Assembly (NCBI GenBank): GCA_016873155.1
Contig: VGXX01000042.1
Span: 1-19,352 of the forward strand
Source: Planctomycetota bacterium
GTDB taxonomy: Bacteria; Planctomycetota; Brocadiia; Brocadiales; Brocadiaceae
Direction of reading: 5' to 3'
Length of the DNA: 19,352 nt
The position numbers and the translations under genes were made by a program. The notes under the pieces are model-generated. The model did no database searches, was not told where the DNA came from, and saw only the letters and a list, made by a program, of their open reading frames with translations. Below are positions 1 through 8,889 of the stretch, one piece after another (position 1 is the stretch's first letter; every line of letters starts with the position of its first letter).

Positions 1-95
1 GGTGTGGAAGTAATGTGGCGGGGAATACGAAGACTTGCTGATATTTTGATAGGTGTTTCCCTGACAATGAGTGTTCATAAATCTGATTATGGATA

Positions 96-184
96 ATTTG
101 TCCAGCAAAAAATTGTCCAACTGTAAGCTCGCAAAGGGGGGAAAAAGAGGGGGTTCTTTGGTTGCGGCTATGCTGCGCTAGGTT
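96..184 (+). repeat. Copy A of a short interspersed repeat family (second copy at 11823-11898)
   Basis: Collinear shared blocks with 11823-11898: ATTTGTC (96-102), AAATTGT (110-116), TTTGGTTGCGGC (157-168, 12/12) and GCGCYAGGTT (175-184, 9/10). Small hairpin GCGGC-tat-GCTGC at 164-176 sits where copy B has GCGGCC-aga-GGCCGC. The internal G-run module 134-158 resembles 1868-1889. Weaker similarity may extend left towards position ~14. Not aligned computationally. Confidence 0.45.
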
Positions 185-310
185 ATTGGTCAAAAAACGG
201 AAACGTCTTATTATTCTTGTATAATAACAAATAGAGTACTAACAAAAAATACCACCATAAATTACAGAAATAATATGAAGGTGTCAATATGCATTTATGT
301 AATTAAACCC

Positions 311-340
311 TTGACACTTTTATTCCAGATTCGTTATCAT
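311..340 (+). promoter_or_regulatory. Candidate sigma70-type promoter for gltX
   Basis: TTGACA at 311-316. The -10 candidates are TTATCA (334-339, 17-nt spacer) or TATCAT (335-340, 18-nt spacer). Lies ~55 nt upstream of the gltX GTG start. Confidence 0.4.
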
Positions 341-369
341 ATCTTCTTGTTGCGTGACAACAAGAAGAT
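341..369. promoter_or_regulatory. Perfect 12-bp inverted repeat (ATCTTCTTGTTG-cgtga-CAACAAGAAGAT) right after the putative gltX -10; operator-like or leader hairpin
   Basis: Arms 341-352 and 358-369 are exact reverse complements with a 5-nt spacer. No T-run follows, so it is not a typical attenuator terminator. Confidence 0.4.
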
Positions 370-392
370 GATTATAAGAGTATATCTCTCTG

Positions 393-1763
393 GTGTTTCT
401 GAGAAAGGAAAAAGGTTTGAGTTCTAACGTTAAGGTTCGGTTTGCACCCAGCCCCACGGGTTACCTCCATATCGGGGGAGCCAGGACGGCTCTCTTTAAC
501 TGGCTCTTTGCGCGGCACAATAAGGGCATTTTTCTCTTACGCATCGAAGATACCGACCAACAACGCTCTACCGGAGAAGCAACACAAGCCATCCTTGACA
601 GCATGAAATGGCTGGGTTTGGACTGGGATGAAGGTCCGTATTTCCAGAGCCAGCGGCTATCCATTTATAAACAACATGCGGAAAAACTGGTCGCACTGGG
701 GAAGGCGTTTTACGATACCGACGAGGAAGGCCGTAAGGCTATTCGTTTTAAGATGCAGGATGGGACAACGGAAATCGACGACCTCATACACGGCGCCATT
801 ACCTTTGATACCGCCCTTATTGAAGACTTTGTCATTCTCAAGGCGGACGGCTTTCCAACCTATAATTTTGCCTGCGTAGTGGACGATGCGGAGATGGGGA
901 TTACCCATATTATTAGGGGGGATGACCACATATCGAACACACCGAAACAGATAGCCCTCTATAACGCATTTGGTTTTAAAATGCCGGAATTTGCCCATAT
1001 CCCTATGATTCTGGGAGAAGATGGGTCACGACTCAGCAAACGCCATGGGGCAACCTCTGTTACTGAATACCGGGATAAGGGATACCTGCCTCATGCCCTG
1101 GTAAATTTCCTCTCCCTTCTGGGATGGTCGCCGGGAAACGACCAGGAAATCATATCGATCCAGGAAATGATCGAAAAGTTCACCTTAAAACGGGTAAATA
1201 AAACCAGCGCACAATTCAATAATACAAAACTGGACTGGATGAACGGTCAATATATTAAAAACACACCGATTGAGCGCTTGGCAACAGAGGTTAGGGTGTT
1301 TTTTGAAAAAGCCGGTATTGATCTGACAAAGACTTCTCCGGAGTGGCTTCTCAGCCTGGCGACATTATATCACGAACGATTCAAGACATTCCAGGATTTA
1401 CTCAATCAGACAAGGTTCTTCTTTACCGATACTATTGAATACGATCAGGCAGCCGTGGATAAATTCCTCAAAAAGGAAGGAATCGGCGGGTTATTAAAAG
1501 AGGTGCATTCGGCTATTTCATCGATGGACACTTTTGACAAAAAGCACCTCGAAGACACCTTGAGGGCATTAACCACAAGGGTTGGCGTAGGATTTTCCAA
1601 ACTTGCACAGCCCATGAGGGTCGCCATCACTGGCAAAAGCGTCAGCGCCGGCATTTTTGAAACGATGGAGCTTTTGGGGAAAGAAAGGACACTCAATCGT
1701 CTCGACTACGCCGCGAAACATCTGTGCGGAAGATCAGAAGCTATGAAATCAACCGCCTTATGA
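393..1763 (+). CDS. gltX: Glutamyl-tRNA synthetase
   Basis: 456-aa ORF with GTG start. Class I HIGH motif (PSPTGYLHIGGART) and KMSKS-type motif (RLSKRHG). Typical GluRS core (FPTYNFACVVDD, IIRGDDH). A TTG at 417 is an alternative start. Confidence 0.93.
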   Translation: MFLRKEKGLSSNVKVRFAPSPTGYLHIGGARTALFNWLFARHNKGIFLLRIEDTDQQRSTGEATQAILDSMKWLGLDWDEGPYFQSQRLSIYKQHAEKLVALGKAFYDTDEEGRKAIRFKMQDGTTEIDDLIHGAITFDTALIEDFVILKADGFPTYNFACVVDDAEMGITHIIRGDDHISNTPKQIALYNAFGFKMPEFAHIPMILGEDGSRLSKRHGATSVTEYRDKGYLPHALVNFLSLLGWSPGNDQEIISIQEMIEKFTLKRVNKTSAQFNNTKLDWMNGQYIKNTPIERLATEVRVFFEKAGIDLTKTSPEWLLSLATLYHERFKTFQDLLNQTRFFFTDTIEYDQAAVDKFLKKEGIGGLLKEVHSAISSMDTFDKKHLEDTLRALTTRVGVGFSKLAQPMRVAITGKSVSAGIFETMELLGKERTLNRLDYAAKHLCGRSEAMKSTAL

Positions 1764-1813
1764 ACATGTTAGGTCTTCGGCAACTTTTTAAATATACAAC
1801 AAATGCCGGTGAA

Positions 1814-1910
1814 AAACAACCCCCTCGCCCCCTTTATTAAGGGGGATTTCCTCAAGTCCCCCTTAGAAAAGGGGGATTCAGGGGGTTGTCGTTCCCCTCT
1901 TGAGAGGGGG
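1814..1910. repeat. Cluster of C5/G5 hairpins (REP-like or structured RNA) in the gltX-thpR spacer
   Basis: Hairpin 1 CCCCCTT-tatt-AAGGGGG at 1828-1845. Hairpin 2 CCCCCTT-agaa-AAGGGGG at 1858-1875. Hairpin 3 CCCCTC-ttga-GAGGGG at 1894-1909. An outer 10-bp stem, ACAACCCCCT 1816-1825 with AGGGGGTTGT 1880-1889, encloses hairpins 1 and 2. Confidence 0.6.
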
Positions 1911-1963
1911 AGGGGTGTGTTAACAGAATAATCAAAAACTTTGAAATTCCTGAACCTTGCATT

Positions 1964-2539
1964 ATGAACGTCAGGCTCTTTGTCGCAGTCGAAATTACTG
2001 AGGAAACCAGAAAAAAATTGGCGGCATTTCAGGATAAGCTCAAAAAGGCTGCTGCGGATGTAGGTTGGGTAGCTCCTGAAAATCTCCATATTACTTTAAA
2101 GTTTATTGGCTACATTGACGAGGAAAAAATTGAAGAGGTTCACAATATCATAAAAGACTCCGTAACTCACATAAAACCGTTTAATCTTAGTTATGCAGGA
2201 GTGGGGGCTTTTCCGACACCTAAAAGTCCACGCGTTATTTTCGCACAAGCGATAGACACCGGAGGGGCTTTAGCAAAAATTCACGAAAGACTGGATAACC
2301 AATTAATGGCATTAGGCGTTGAACACGAGACTCGTAAGTTCGATGCGCATCTTACTGTGGGGCGTGTCAGGACACGCAGGAATGTAACAAAACTTACGGA
2401 AATACTGAATTCGTACAATGGGTTTAATTTTGGCTCAGAACGTATAACACAGGTGGTTTTGATGAAGAGCGATCTTTCACCGGAGGGACCCATATATACG
2501 AAGTTACATAGTGTTGATTTAGTTTCACAAACCTTATAA
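1964..2539 (+). CDS. thpR: RNA 2',3'-cyclic phosphodiesterase (2H phosphoesterase, LigT/ThpR family)
   Basis: 191 aa. Two H-x-T-x motifs (LHITLKF and AHLTVGR) at the spacing typical of the 2H superfamily. Confidence 0.85.
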   Translation: MNVRLFVAVEITEETRKKLAAFQDKLKKAAADVGWVAPENLHITLKFIGYIDEEKIEEVHNIIKDSVTHIKPFNLSYAGVGAFPTPKSPRVIFAQAIDTGGALAKIHERLDNQLMALGVEHETRKFDAHLTVGRVRTRRNVTKLTEILNSYNGFNFGSERITQVVLMKSDLSPEGPIYTKLHSVDLVSQTL

Positions 2540-2558
2540 CTTTTTATATGGGTGAATT

Positions 2559-3653
2559 ATGATATCCAAACCAGAAGATGCAGATAAGGAAAAACGGCAG
2601 CAAGCCCTCGAACGAGCAATATCGCAGATCGAGAAGCAGTTCGGCAAGGGAACGATAATGAAATTGGGGGGCGAAACGCGTCTGGACGTTCCCACGATTT
2701 CAACGGGTGCATTATCCCTGGACATTGCGCTCGGCGTGGGAGGCATCCCGCGGGGAAGGGTCATTGAAATATTCGGTCCCGAATCTTCGGGTAAAACCAC
2801 CCTTACCCTTCATATAATCGCTAATGCCCAGAAAGGGGGCGGCATGGCCGCCTTTATCGACGCCGAACATGCCTTAGACCCAGACTACGCAAGGAAATTA
2901 GGGGTAGACCTGAACAATCTCATGGTCAACCAGCCTGATACTGGCGAACAGGCGCTTGAAATCGCTGAATTACTGGTAAGGAGCAACGCCGTTGATATCG
3001 TTGCAATCGATTCCGTTGCGGCGCTCGTCCCTCGCGCTGAGATTGAAGGAGAAATGGGCGATGCACATGTAGGACTTCAAGCACGGTTGATGTCTCAGGC
3101 ATTACGCAAATTAACGGGTTGCATTTCAAAATCCCAAACCAGTGTTATTTTTATAAACCAGATCCGGGAAAAGATTGGCGTCATGTACGGAGGAAATCCT
3201 GAAACAACTCCGGGTGGAAGGGCGTTAAAATTCTACTCCTCGGTACGTATCGATATCCGGAGGATTGGCAGTATAAAAGACGGTGATGTAACCATTGGAA
3301 ACAGAGTCCGTGCTACCATTGCCAAGAATAAAGTAGCAGCGCCTTTCAAAAAGGCGGAATTTGATATTTTATATAACACCGGCATTTCGCGTGCAGGCGA
3401 CATCATTGATCTTGGAGTCGAACAGCAGATTATTGACAAGTCCGGCACATGGTTCTCTTACGGTGATATCCGGCTGGGACAGGGCAGAGAAAACTCCCGG
3501 CAGTTTATCGAAGGAAAACCGGAATTGATGAAAGAAATCGAACAGTCGGTCCTTAAAAAAATAATGCCGGAAATGGTTAGAGAAAAAGCCCCTGAAAAAG
3601 CTCCAGAAAGCGGGAAAAAAAATGAACCACAGAGGGCGCAGAGAAAAGAGTAA
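2559..3653 (+). CDS. recA: Recombinase RecA
   Basis: 364 aa. Walker [10 protein letters not shown] and conserved RecA core ([61 protein letters not shown]). Lys/Glu/Pro-rich C-terminal tail. GGGTGA RBS upstream. Confidence 0.97.
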   Translation: MISKPEDADKEKRQQALERAISQIEKQFGKGTIMKLGGETRLDVPTISTGALSLDIALGVGGIPRGRVIEIFGPESSGKTTLTLHIIANAQKGGGMAAFIDAEHALDPDYARKLGVDLNNLMVNQPDTGEQALEIAELLVRSNAVDIVAIDSVAALVPRAEIEGEMGDAHVGLQARLMSQALRKLTGCISKSQTSVIFINQIREKIGVMYGGNPETTPGGRALKFYSSVRIDIRRIGSIKDGDVTIGNRVRATIAKNKVAAPFKKAEFDILYNTGISRAGDIIDLGVEQQIIDKSGTWFSYGDIRLGQGRENSRQFIEGKPELMKEIEQSVLKKIMPEMVREKAPEKAPESGKKNEPQRAQRKE

Positions 3654-3703
3654 ACTTTTTAACTCTTAAGACAAATTGAATTATTACAAAAATAGTTGAT
3701 GTT

Positions 3704-6361
3704 ATGAAGACAAACGAGATACGCGATAGGTTTCTAAATTTTTTCAAAAAAAAGTCTCACGAAATTTTACCCAGTGACTCACTAGTCCCACAGAATGACC
3801 CTACACTTCTTTTTACCGGCGCTGGCATGAATCAGTTTAAAGACATGTTTCTGGGCAAAGGGAATTTAGGTTGTAAAAAGGTAACCACCTGCCAGAAATG
3901 CCTCCGTACGGGGGATATTGATAACGTAGGAAAAACGGCGTCCCACCATACTTTTTTTGAAATGCTGGGAAATTTTTCCTTTGGAGACTACTTTAAGAAA
4001 GAAACTATCGAATGGGCATGGGAATTCCTTGTGCAAGAGTTAAAAATTCCGGAAGAGCAGCTGAGTGTAAGCGTTTACAAAGACGATCAGGAATCATACG
4101 AAATCTGGGAGAAACATATCCGTGTACCCCGCTCAAAAATTTATCGGTACGGCGAAAAGGATAATTTTTGGCCCTCGAATGCGCCAACACATGGGCCGAA
4201 CGGCCCCTGCGGGCCATGTTCAGAGATATTTTTCGACCAGGGAGAACACGTTGGTTGTGGACGAAAAGAATGCGAACCTGCCTGTGATTGCGACCGATTT
4301 GTGGAAATATGGAATCTGGTGTTTACCCAATACGACCGCAAAGAAGGAGGCAAGCTGGAACCGTTGCCACACAAAAATGTTGATACGGGCATGGGATTGG
4401 AAAGGATGGCGCGCGTCATACAAGGGGTGCAAACCAACTTTGACATCGACATCTTCAGCCCCATTATCAAATACCTGGAAGAAATCACACAAGTAAAATA
4501 TAACGGACAGATGGCGAATGCCATCCTCATGCGCCGCATTGCAGACCATGTGAAGGCCTGTGTGTTTTGCATTTCAGATGGCGTCCTGCCCAGCAACGAG
4601 GGGCGTGGATACGTAGAAAGGCGGTTATTGAGGCGCGCCATACGGGACGGCACACAACTCGGCATAAAAGACTGTTTTTTGTACAAATTGGTCCCGATAG
4701 TAAGTGAGGTAATGCAAGAACATTATCCCGATATTAAACAGCGAAGAGAAAATATTACCAGGATTGTAAAGAGCGAAGAAGAGAAGTTTCACGAAACCCT
4801 GGAACAGGGAACCCGTATTTTAGAGGAACTCACGGAAACTTTACAAAAAAACAACCAAAAAGTACTCCCTGGCCGTGAGGCCTTTAAATTATACGATACG
4901 TACGGTTTCCCGTTAGACATGACGGAATCTATCCTCAATGAAAAAGGATTTACGGTTGACAAGGATGGCTTTGAAGAAGAACTCCAAAGGCAGCGGATAC
5001 AAGCAAGGACATCATCCCAAATGACAGGACAGGTCTTCGACACAGGCCCTCTGAGCCGGATCAAAGATATTTCAAAGGGTACAAAGTTTCTGGGTTACGA
5101 AAAACACTCATCAGAAGGAAAAGTAATCGCCATTATCCGGGGTGATCAACTTGTGGATGTGGCTACAGCCGGCAGCGAAGTTACTGTGGTTTTAGACCAA
5201 ACAGTCTTTTACGGTGAATCAGGCGGACAGATTGGCGATACGGGTGTTTTAGAAGCAAATGATGTTCACGCCCAGATTACCGACACGAAGAAGAGTGATG
5301 ATTTTATCCTGCATATCGGAAAGGTAATAAAAGGGGAACTGAAGAAGGGAAATGTGGTTCATGCGAAGGTTAACGTCCAGCGGAGGGACGCTATCCGGAG
5401 GAACCATTCAGCGACCCACATCCTCCATTATGCCTTGCGAAAGGTAATCGGCCAGCATGCCGAACAGGCAGGTTCACTGGTTTCGCCCGACCGTTTACGT
5501 TTCGATTTCCACCACTTCTCCGGTTTAACGAAAGAGGAAATAACTCGTATTGAGGACATGGTCAATGAATTAATTCTGGGAAATGCGCCTGTACGCGCAA
5601 AAGAATCGACTCTCCAGGAGGCAAAGAATGCCGGAGCTATGGCGCTATTTGGTGAAAAATACGGAGAAACGGTCAGGGTGGTTTCTGTGGGTGATTTCAG
5701 CAAGGAACTGTGCGGCGGAACGCACACAAACAATGCCGGAGAAGTCGGGTTGTTCCGTATCGTTTCCGAATCCTCCGTTGCTGCAGGAATCAGGCGTATT
5801 GAAGCTATTACAGGCATCGAGGTATTAAACAGAAGCAGAGAAAAAGAAACGATTCTCCAGGAGGTGTGCAACACCCTGAATACGCACGAGGACAAGCTGA
5901 TTACAAAAACGCAGGAAATTTTAAATGAACTCAAAAATTTACAAAAAGAAATCCTCAAGGCAAAACAAAAGGACTTAAGCAGCAAGGCCGGTTCCTTCAT
6001 CGAAGGCGCAAAAGTAATCTCCGGCGCAAAAATTATTACCAGAAAATTAGACAACGCAACCGCGGACGACCTGAGAAAAACGATAGACATGTTAATGAAA
6101 TCCGGCGAAGAACTTGCTGTCGTTTTAGGAACGTCTCAGGACGGCAGAGTAACGATAATCGCTGCCTTGAGTCCTGGCCTGGTCAAGCGCGGTTTGCATG
6201 CCGGGAATATCTCAAAAGAAATCGCAAAGGTTGTCGGGGGAGGCGGAGGAGGCAGACCGGATATGGCGCAGGCAGGAGGGCAGCGGGTAGAAAAGCTGGA
6301 CGAAGCGCTCAATTTTGCCGCTGAATTGTTAAGCAATAAGATAGTACAGGGAAGCAGCTGA
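3704..6361 (+). CDS. alaS: Alanyl-tRNA synthetase
   Basis: 885 aa. Class II catalytic core (FTGAGMNQFK, CQKCLR, HHTFFEMLGNFSFGDYFK). Editing-domain zinc motifs (HSATHILH, CGGTH). C-terminal DHHA1-type GGGGGGRPDMAQAGG. Confidence 0.97.
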   Translation: MKTNEIRDRFLNFFKKKSHEILPSDSLVPQNDPTLLFTGAGMNQFKDMFLGKGNLGCKKVTTCQKCLRTGDIDNVGKTASHHTFFEMLGNFSFGDYFKKETIEWAWEFLVQELKIPEEQLSVSVYKDDQESYEIWEKHIRVPRSKIYRYGEKDNFWPSNAPTHGPNGPCGPCSEIFFDQGEHVGCGRKECEPACDCDRFVEIWNLVFTQYDRKEGGKLEPLPHKNVDTGMGLERMARVIQGVQTNFDIDIFSPIIKYLEEITQVKYNGQMANAILMRRIADHVKACVFCISDGVLPSNEGRGYVERRLLRRAIRDGTQLGIKDCFLYKLVPIVSEVMQEHYPDIKQRRENITRIVKSEEEKFHETLEQGTRILEELTETLQKNNQKVLPGREAFKLYDTYGFPLDMTESILNEKGFTVDKDGFEEELQRQRIQARTSSQMTGQVFDTGPLSRIKDISKGTKFLGYEKHSSEGKVIAIIRGDQLVDVATAGSEVTVVLDQTVFYGESGGQIGDTGVLEANDVHAQITDTKKSDDFILHIGKVIKGELKKGNVVHAKVNVQRRDAIRRNHSATHILHYALRKVIGQHAEQAGSLVSPDRLRFDFHHFSGLTKEEITRIEDMVNELILGNAPVRAKESTLQEAKNAGAMALFGEKYGETVRVVSVGDFSKELCGGTHTNNAGEVGLFRIVSESSVAAGIRRIEAITGIEVLNRSREKETILQEVCNTLNTHEDKLITKTQEILNELKNLQKEILKAKQKDLSSKAGSFIEGAKVISGAKIITRKLDNATADDLRKTIDMLMKSGEELAVVLGTSQDGRVTIIAALSPGLVKRGLHAGNISKEIAKVVGGGGGGRPDMAQAGGQRVEKLDEALNFAAELLSNKIVQGSS

Positions 6362-6444
6362 TTTATTTTGAAAAGAGAGGCGCCGAACCATCCAAAAACA
6401 CAACGGCGACATCCTTTTAGCACATCAGCCTCTTGAGTTTTTGC

Positions 6445-6473
6445 TTGACAATAATGGTATCGGTATATAAAAT
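6445..6473 (+). promoter_or_regulatory. Candidate sigma70-type promoter for the rpmF-plsX-fab operon
   Basis: TTGACA (6445-6450), exact 17-nt spacer, TAAAAT (6468-6473). Lies ~130 nt upstream of rpmF. The leader contains a ~40-nt pyrimidine-rich tract (6541-6580). Confidence 0.45.
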
Positions 6474-6603
6474 TTTTTGTTTGAAAGTAACGTTTATAAA
6501 ATATTTTATGATGAAGTACTGGGAAGTATACCATAAATGACTCCTTCTTTCTTTATCTTCCCTGTGCTTCTTTTTTTTTATGGAATTTTTATCGAGGTGA
6601 TAC

Positions 6604-6831
6604 ATGCCTAATCCAAAGAGAAGGTTTTCGAATTCAAGAACCCGCAAAAGACGCACCCACGACAAGCTTACCCCTCCTGTTATTCCGCTTTCCGAAAATA
6701 TTGGGAAAGGGGCAGGTGTGCGCTCAAAGCTGTATATTTGCTCACATTGCAAACAGGTAAATCAACCCCACACTGTTTGCCACAACTGCGGCTATTACCG
6801 AGGTAAACAGGTTATAACTGTTGAAAGGTGA
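6604..6831 (+). CDS. rpmF: 50S ribosomal protein L32
   Basis: 75 aa. N-terminal MPNPKRRFSNSRTRKRRTH and a zinc-ribbon CxxC...CxxC (CSHCKQ...CHNCGY). GAGGTGA RBS upstream. Canonical position in front of plsX. Confidence 0.9.
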   Translation: MPNPKRRFSNSRTRKRRTHDKLTPPVIPLSENIGKGAGVRSKLYICSHCKQVNQPHTVCHNCGYYRGKQVITVER

Positions 6832-6835
6832 GTTT

Positions 6836-7852
6836 ATGAGAGTTGCGGTAGACGCAATGGGTGGAGATAAAGCTCCTCACGAAATCGTTAAAGGATCGGT
6901 TCTGGCAGCACGGCAGTTTCAGAACGATGAAATTGTATTGGTCGGCGATGAAAAAGCGATACAGTCCGAACTGAACTCTTACGGGAAACCCTTGAAGAAC
7001 ATCACCATCCATCACGCACCTCAAGTGGTCGAAATGGACGATCCTGCTACTTACTCAATACGACAGAAAATCGACTCGTCAATTACCCGAAGCGTTGAAC
7101 TGGTGGCAAAAAGAGAGGCCGTGGCCGTGGTTAGTGCTGGTCACACAGGCGCTGCGGTAGCTGCTGCAACCCTGCATTTAAAAACCCTGAAAGGGGTACG
7201 GCGTCCCGGCATTGCCGTTGCCCTTCCCACACGGCATGGAATATGTATCGTTATTGACGTTGGAGCAAACATTGCCTGTAAACCGATACACCTCTTCCAA
7301 TACGGCGTTATGGCAACGGTACTCAGCAAATATATGTTTGGCATAGAAAATCCAAGAGTCGGTCTTCTGAATATCGGAGAAGAGAACGCAAAGGGAAATG
7401 ATCTTGCGAAAGAAACTTTTGAGATCCTTTCCGGTTCAAGTTTAAACTTTGCGGGAAATGTTGAAGGACGTGAAATATTTGACGGCAAAGCCGACATTGT
7501 TGTTTGCGAAGGTTTTGTGGGAAATGTCCTGTTGAAATTCGCAGAAGGGCTCGCCATGAACCTTTTGTCAACGGTTAAAGCCGGCGCAATGAAGAGTTTC
7601 TGGACGAAACTGGGTTTATGGTTATGCAAACCGACCTTTGAGGCATTACGGGCAAAAATGGATTTTAGTGAATATGGCGGCGTTCCTTTGTTGGGCGTCA
7701 ATGGTATTTGTATTATATGTCATGGCAGGTCTGATTCCAAGGCCATACAAAATGCCATACGAGTCGCATTGCAGTTATCAAAGAACAACGTGAATGATCA
7801 CATTGTCTCCGAATTGGGAAAAACCAATGCACTCGCGGCAACTGTTATGTAG
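6836..7852 (+). CDS. plsX: Phosphate acyltransferase PlsX
   Basis: MRVAVDAMGGDKAP N-terminus is typical of PlsX. The ATG at 6836 lies 4 nt after the rpmF stop and follows AAAGGTGAG. The ORF-track start (TTG 6821) adds 5 residues and overlaps rpmF, so it is less likely. Confidence 0.93.
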   Translation: MRVAVDAMGGDKAPHEIVKGSVLAARQFQNDEIVLVGDEKAIQSELNSYGKPLKNITIHHAPQVVEMDDPATYSIRQKIDSSITRSVELVAKREAVAVVSAGHTGAAVAAATLHLKTLKGVRRPGIAVALPTRHGICIVIDVGANIACKPIHLFQYGVMATVLSKYMFGIENPRVGLLNIGEENAKGNDLAKETFEILSGSSLNFAGNVEGREIFDGKADIVVCEGFVGNVLLKFAEGLAMNLLSTVKAGAMKSFWTKLGLWLCKPTFEALRAKMDFSEYGGVPLLGVNGICIICHGRSDSKAIQNAIRVALQLSKNNVNDHIVSELGKTNALAATVM

Positions 7853-7899
7853 CCGATTAGCCGTCTATTAATCTCCTCTGGTCAACGAACTAATTACAC

Positions 7900-8889
7900 A
7901 TGCGACAAAATCAAAAGGCATCTATTACGGGTATTGGATCCTACCTGCCAAACAAGGTTTTAACAAACTACGATTTAGAAAAGATGGTTGATACCAGCAA
8001 TGACTGGATTATCCAGCGAACAGGCATTAAAGAACGCCGTATCGTTGAAAACGGCGTTACAACGTCGGACATTGCCACTCAGGCCTCGCTCAGAGCAATG
8101 GAAGATGCCGGTGTTTCTCCCAGGGACTTAGACATGATTATCACCTCTACGATTACACCCGACCATATCTTCCCTTCAACTTCATGCTATATACAAGAAA
8201 AAATAGGGGCAACCCGCGCATGCGCTTTTGATATCCTTGCGGCATGCGCTGGATTTATCTATGCCATGTCTATTGGACAAAGCTTTATAAATTCAGGAGC
8301 AATGAAGACCGTTTTGGTAGTAGGCGCTGAATGTTTATCGAAAATTACCGACTACACAGATCGTACGACCTGCGTTTTATTTGGAGACGGCGCTGGCGCA
8401 GTCGTCATACAAAGAAACCCTGTAAAACACGAAATTCTTTCCTCGAGCTTAGCCGCGGATGGATCAGAGGCAGATGTGCTTATTATGCCGGGAGGCGGGG
8501 CAAGAAATCCCGCATCTCTGGAGTCAGTTCAACAACGGCTGCATTATATTCAATTTAAAGGCAAAGAAGTATTCAAACTGGCGATTAATAATATTACCAA
8601 CTTAATCCTGGAAACAACGAGGGAAAATGGACTCACCCTTGACGATATCGACTTAATTATTCCACACCAGAGCAACCTCAGGATTATCGAAGCAACTATG
8701 GAAAAGCTCGGGTTGCCGATGGAGAAGGCATTTGTAAACATCGATAAATACGGAAATACATCTTCTGCCTCCGTTCCCATCGCAATGGATGAAGCCAGGA
8801 AAGAAGGACGTCTCCGCAAAGGAGACATTGTTATGCTGGTGGCGTTTGGAGGGGGATTAACGTGGGGGTCTTCAGTCATTAGATGGTAG
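7900..8889 (+). CDS. fabH: 3-oxoacyl-ACP synthase III (KAS III)
   Basis: 329 aa. Catalytic Cys context (LAACAGF), His (PHQSNLRI) and Asn (YGNTSSAS). C-terminal GGGLTWGS. Confidence 0.93.
   Translation: MRQNQKASITGIGSYLPNKVLTNYDLEKMVDTSNDWIIQRTGIKERRIVENGVTTSDIATQASLRAMEDAGVSPRDLDMIITSTITPDHIFPSTSCYIQEKIGATRACAFDILAACAGFIYAMSIGQSFINSGAMKTVLVVGAECLSKITDYTDRTTCVLFGDGAGAVVIQRNPVKHEILSSSLAADGSEADVLIMPGGGARNPASLESVQQRLHYIQFKGKEVFKLAINNITNLILETTRENGLTLDDIDLIIPHQSNLRIIEATMEKLGLPMEKAFVNIDKYGNTSSASVPIAMDEARKEGRLRKGDIVMLVAFGGGLTWGSSVIRW

Noticed and set aside
1-96. Frame-1 reading frame open from the window edge to TAA at 94-96 (..GVEVMWRGIRRLADILIGVSLTMSVHKSDYG), possibly the 3' end of an upstream gene
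   Set aside because: It has only 31 codons and no recognisable motif, and it overlaps the region that may belong to repeat copy A. It cannot be supported as a CDS.
220-225. Perfect TATAAT hexamer upstream of gltX as an alternative promoter
   Set aside because: There is no acceptable -35 element at 16-19 nt spacing. The TTGACA-N17/18 promoter at 311-340 is the better candidate.
1828-1875. Possible CRISPR-like repeat-spacer unit
   Set aside because: There are only two 18-nt hairpin copies with a 12-nt spacer. Both are far below CRISPR repeat and spacer sizes, and there are no cas genes.
1769-2089. 106-aa minus-strand ORF
   Set aside because: It is a translation of the C5/G5 hairpin repeats, it overlaps the thpR start, and it has no RBS or coding character.
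3654-3703. T-box or other long leader upstream of alaS (and gltX at 341-392)
   Set aside because: Both leaders are only ~50 nt. T-box riboswitches need ~200 nt or more with a specifier loop and terminator, and none is visible.
4005-6534. Multiple antisense or out-of-frame ORFs inside alaS (e.g. 4141-4686 -, 5428-6090 -, 6136-6534 -)
   Set aside because: They lie entirely within, or run out of, a strongly supported conserved CDS. They have low-complexity or odd composition and no homology motifs.
6508-6540. 10-codon upstream ORF (MMKYWEVYHK) in the rpmF leader
   Set aside because: It has no Shine-Dalgarno sequence, and an AT-rich leader readily yields such ORFs by chance.
6821-6835. TTG-initiated 5-codon N-terminal extension of plsX from the ORF track
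   Set aside because: It overlaps the rpmF stop. The ATG at 6836 gives the canonical MRVAVDAMGGD N-terminus with an RBS.
7141-7701. 186-aa antisense ORF within plsX, and a similar one within fabF (10554-11009 -)
   Set aside because: They are fully nested antisense to well-supported genes and have no recognisable domains.
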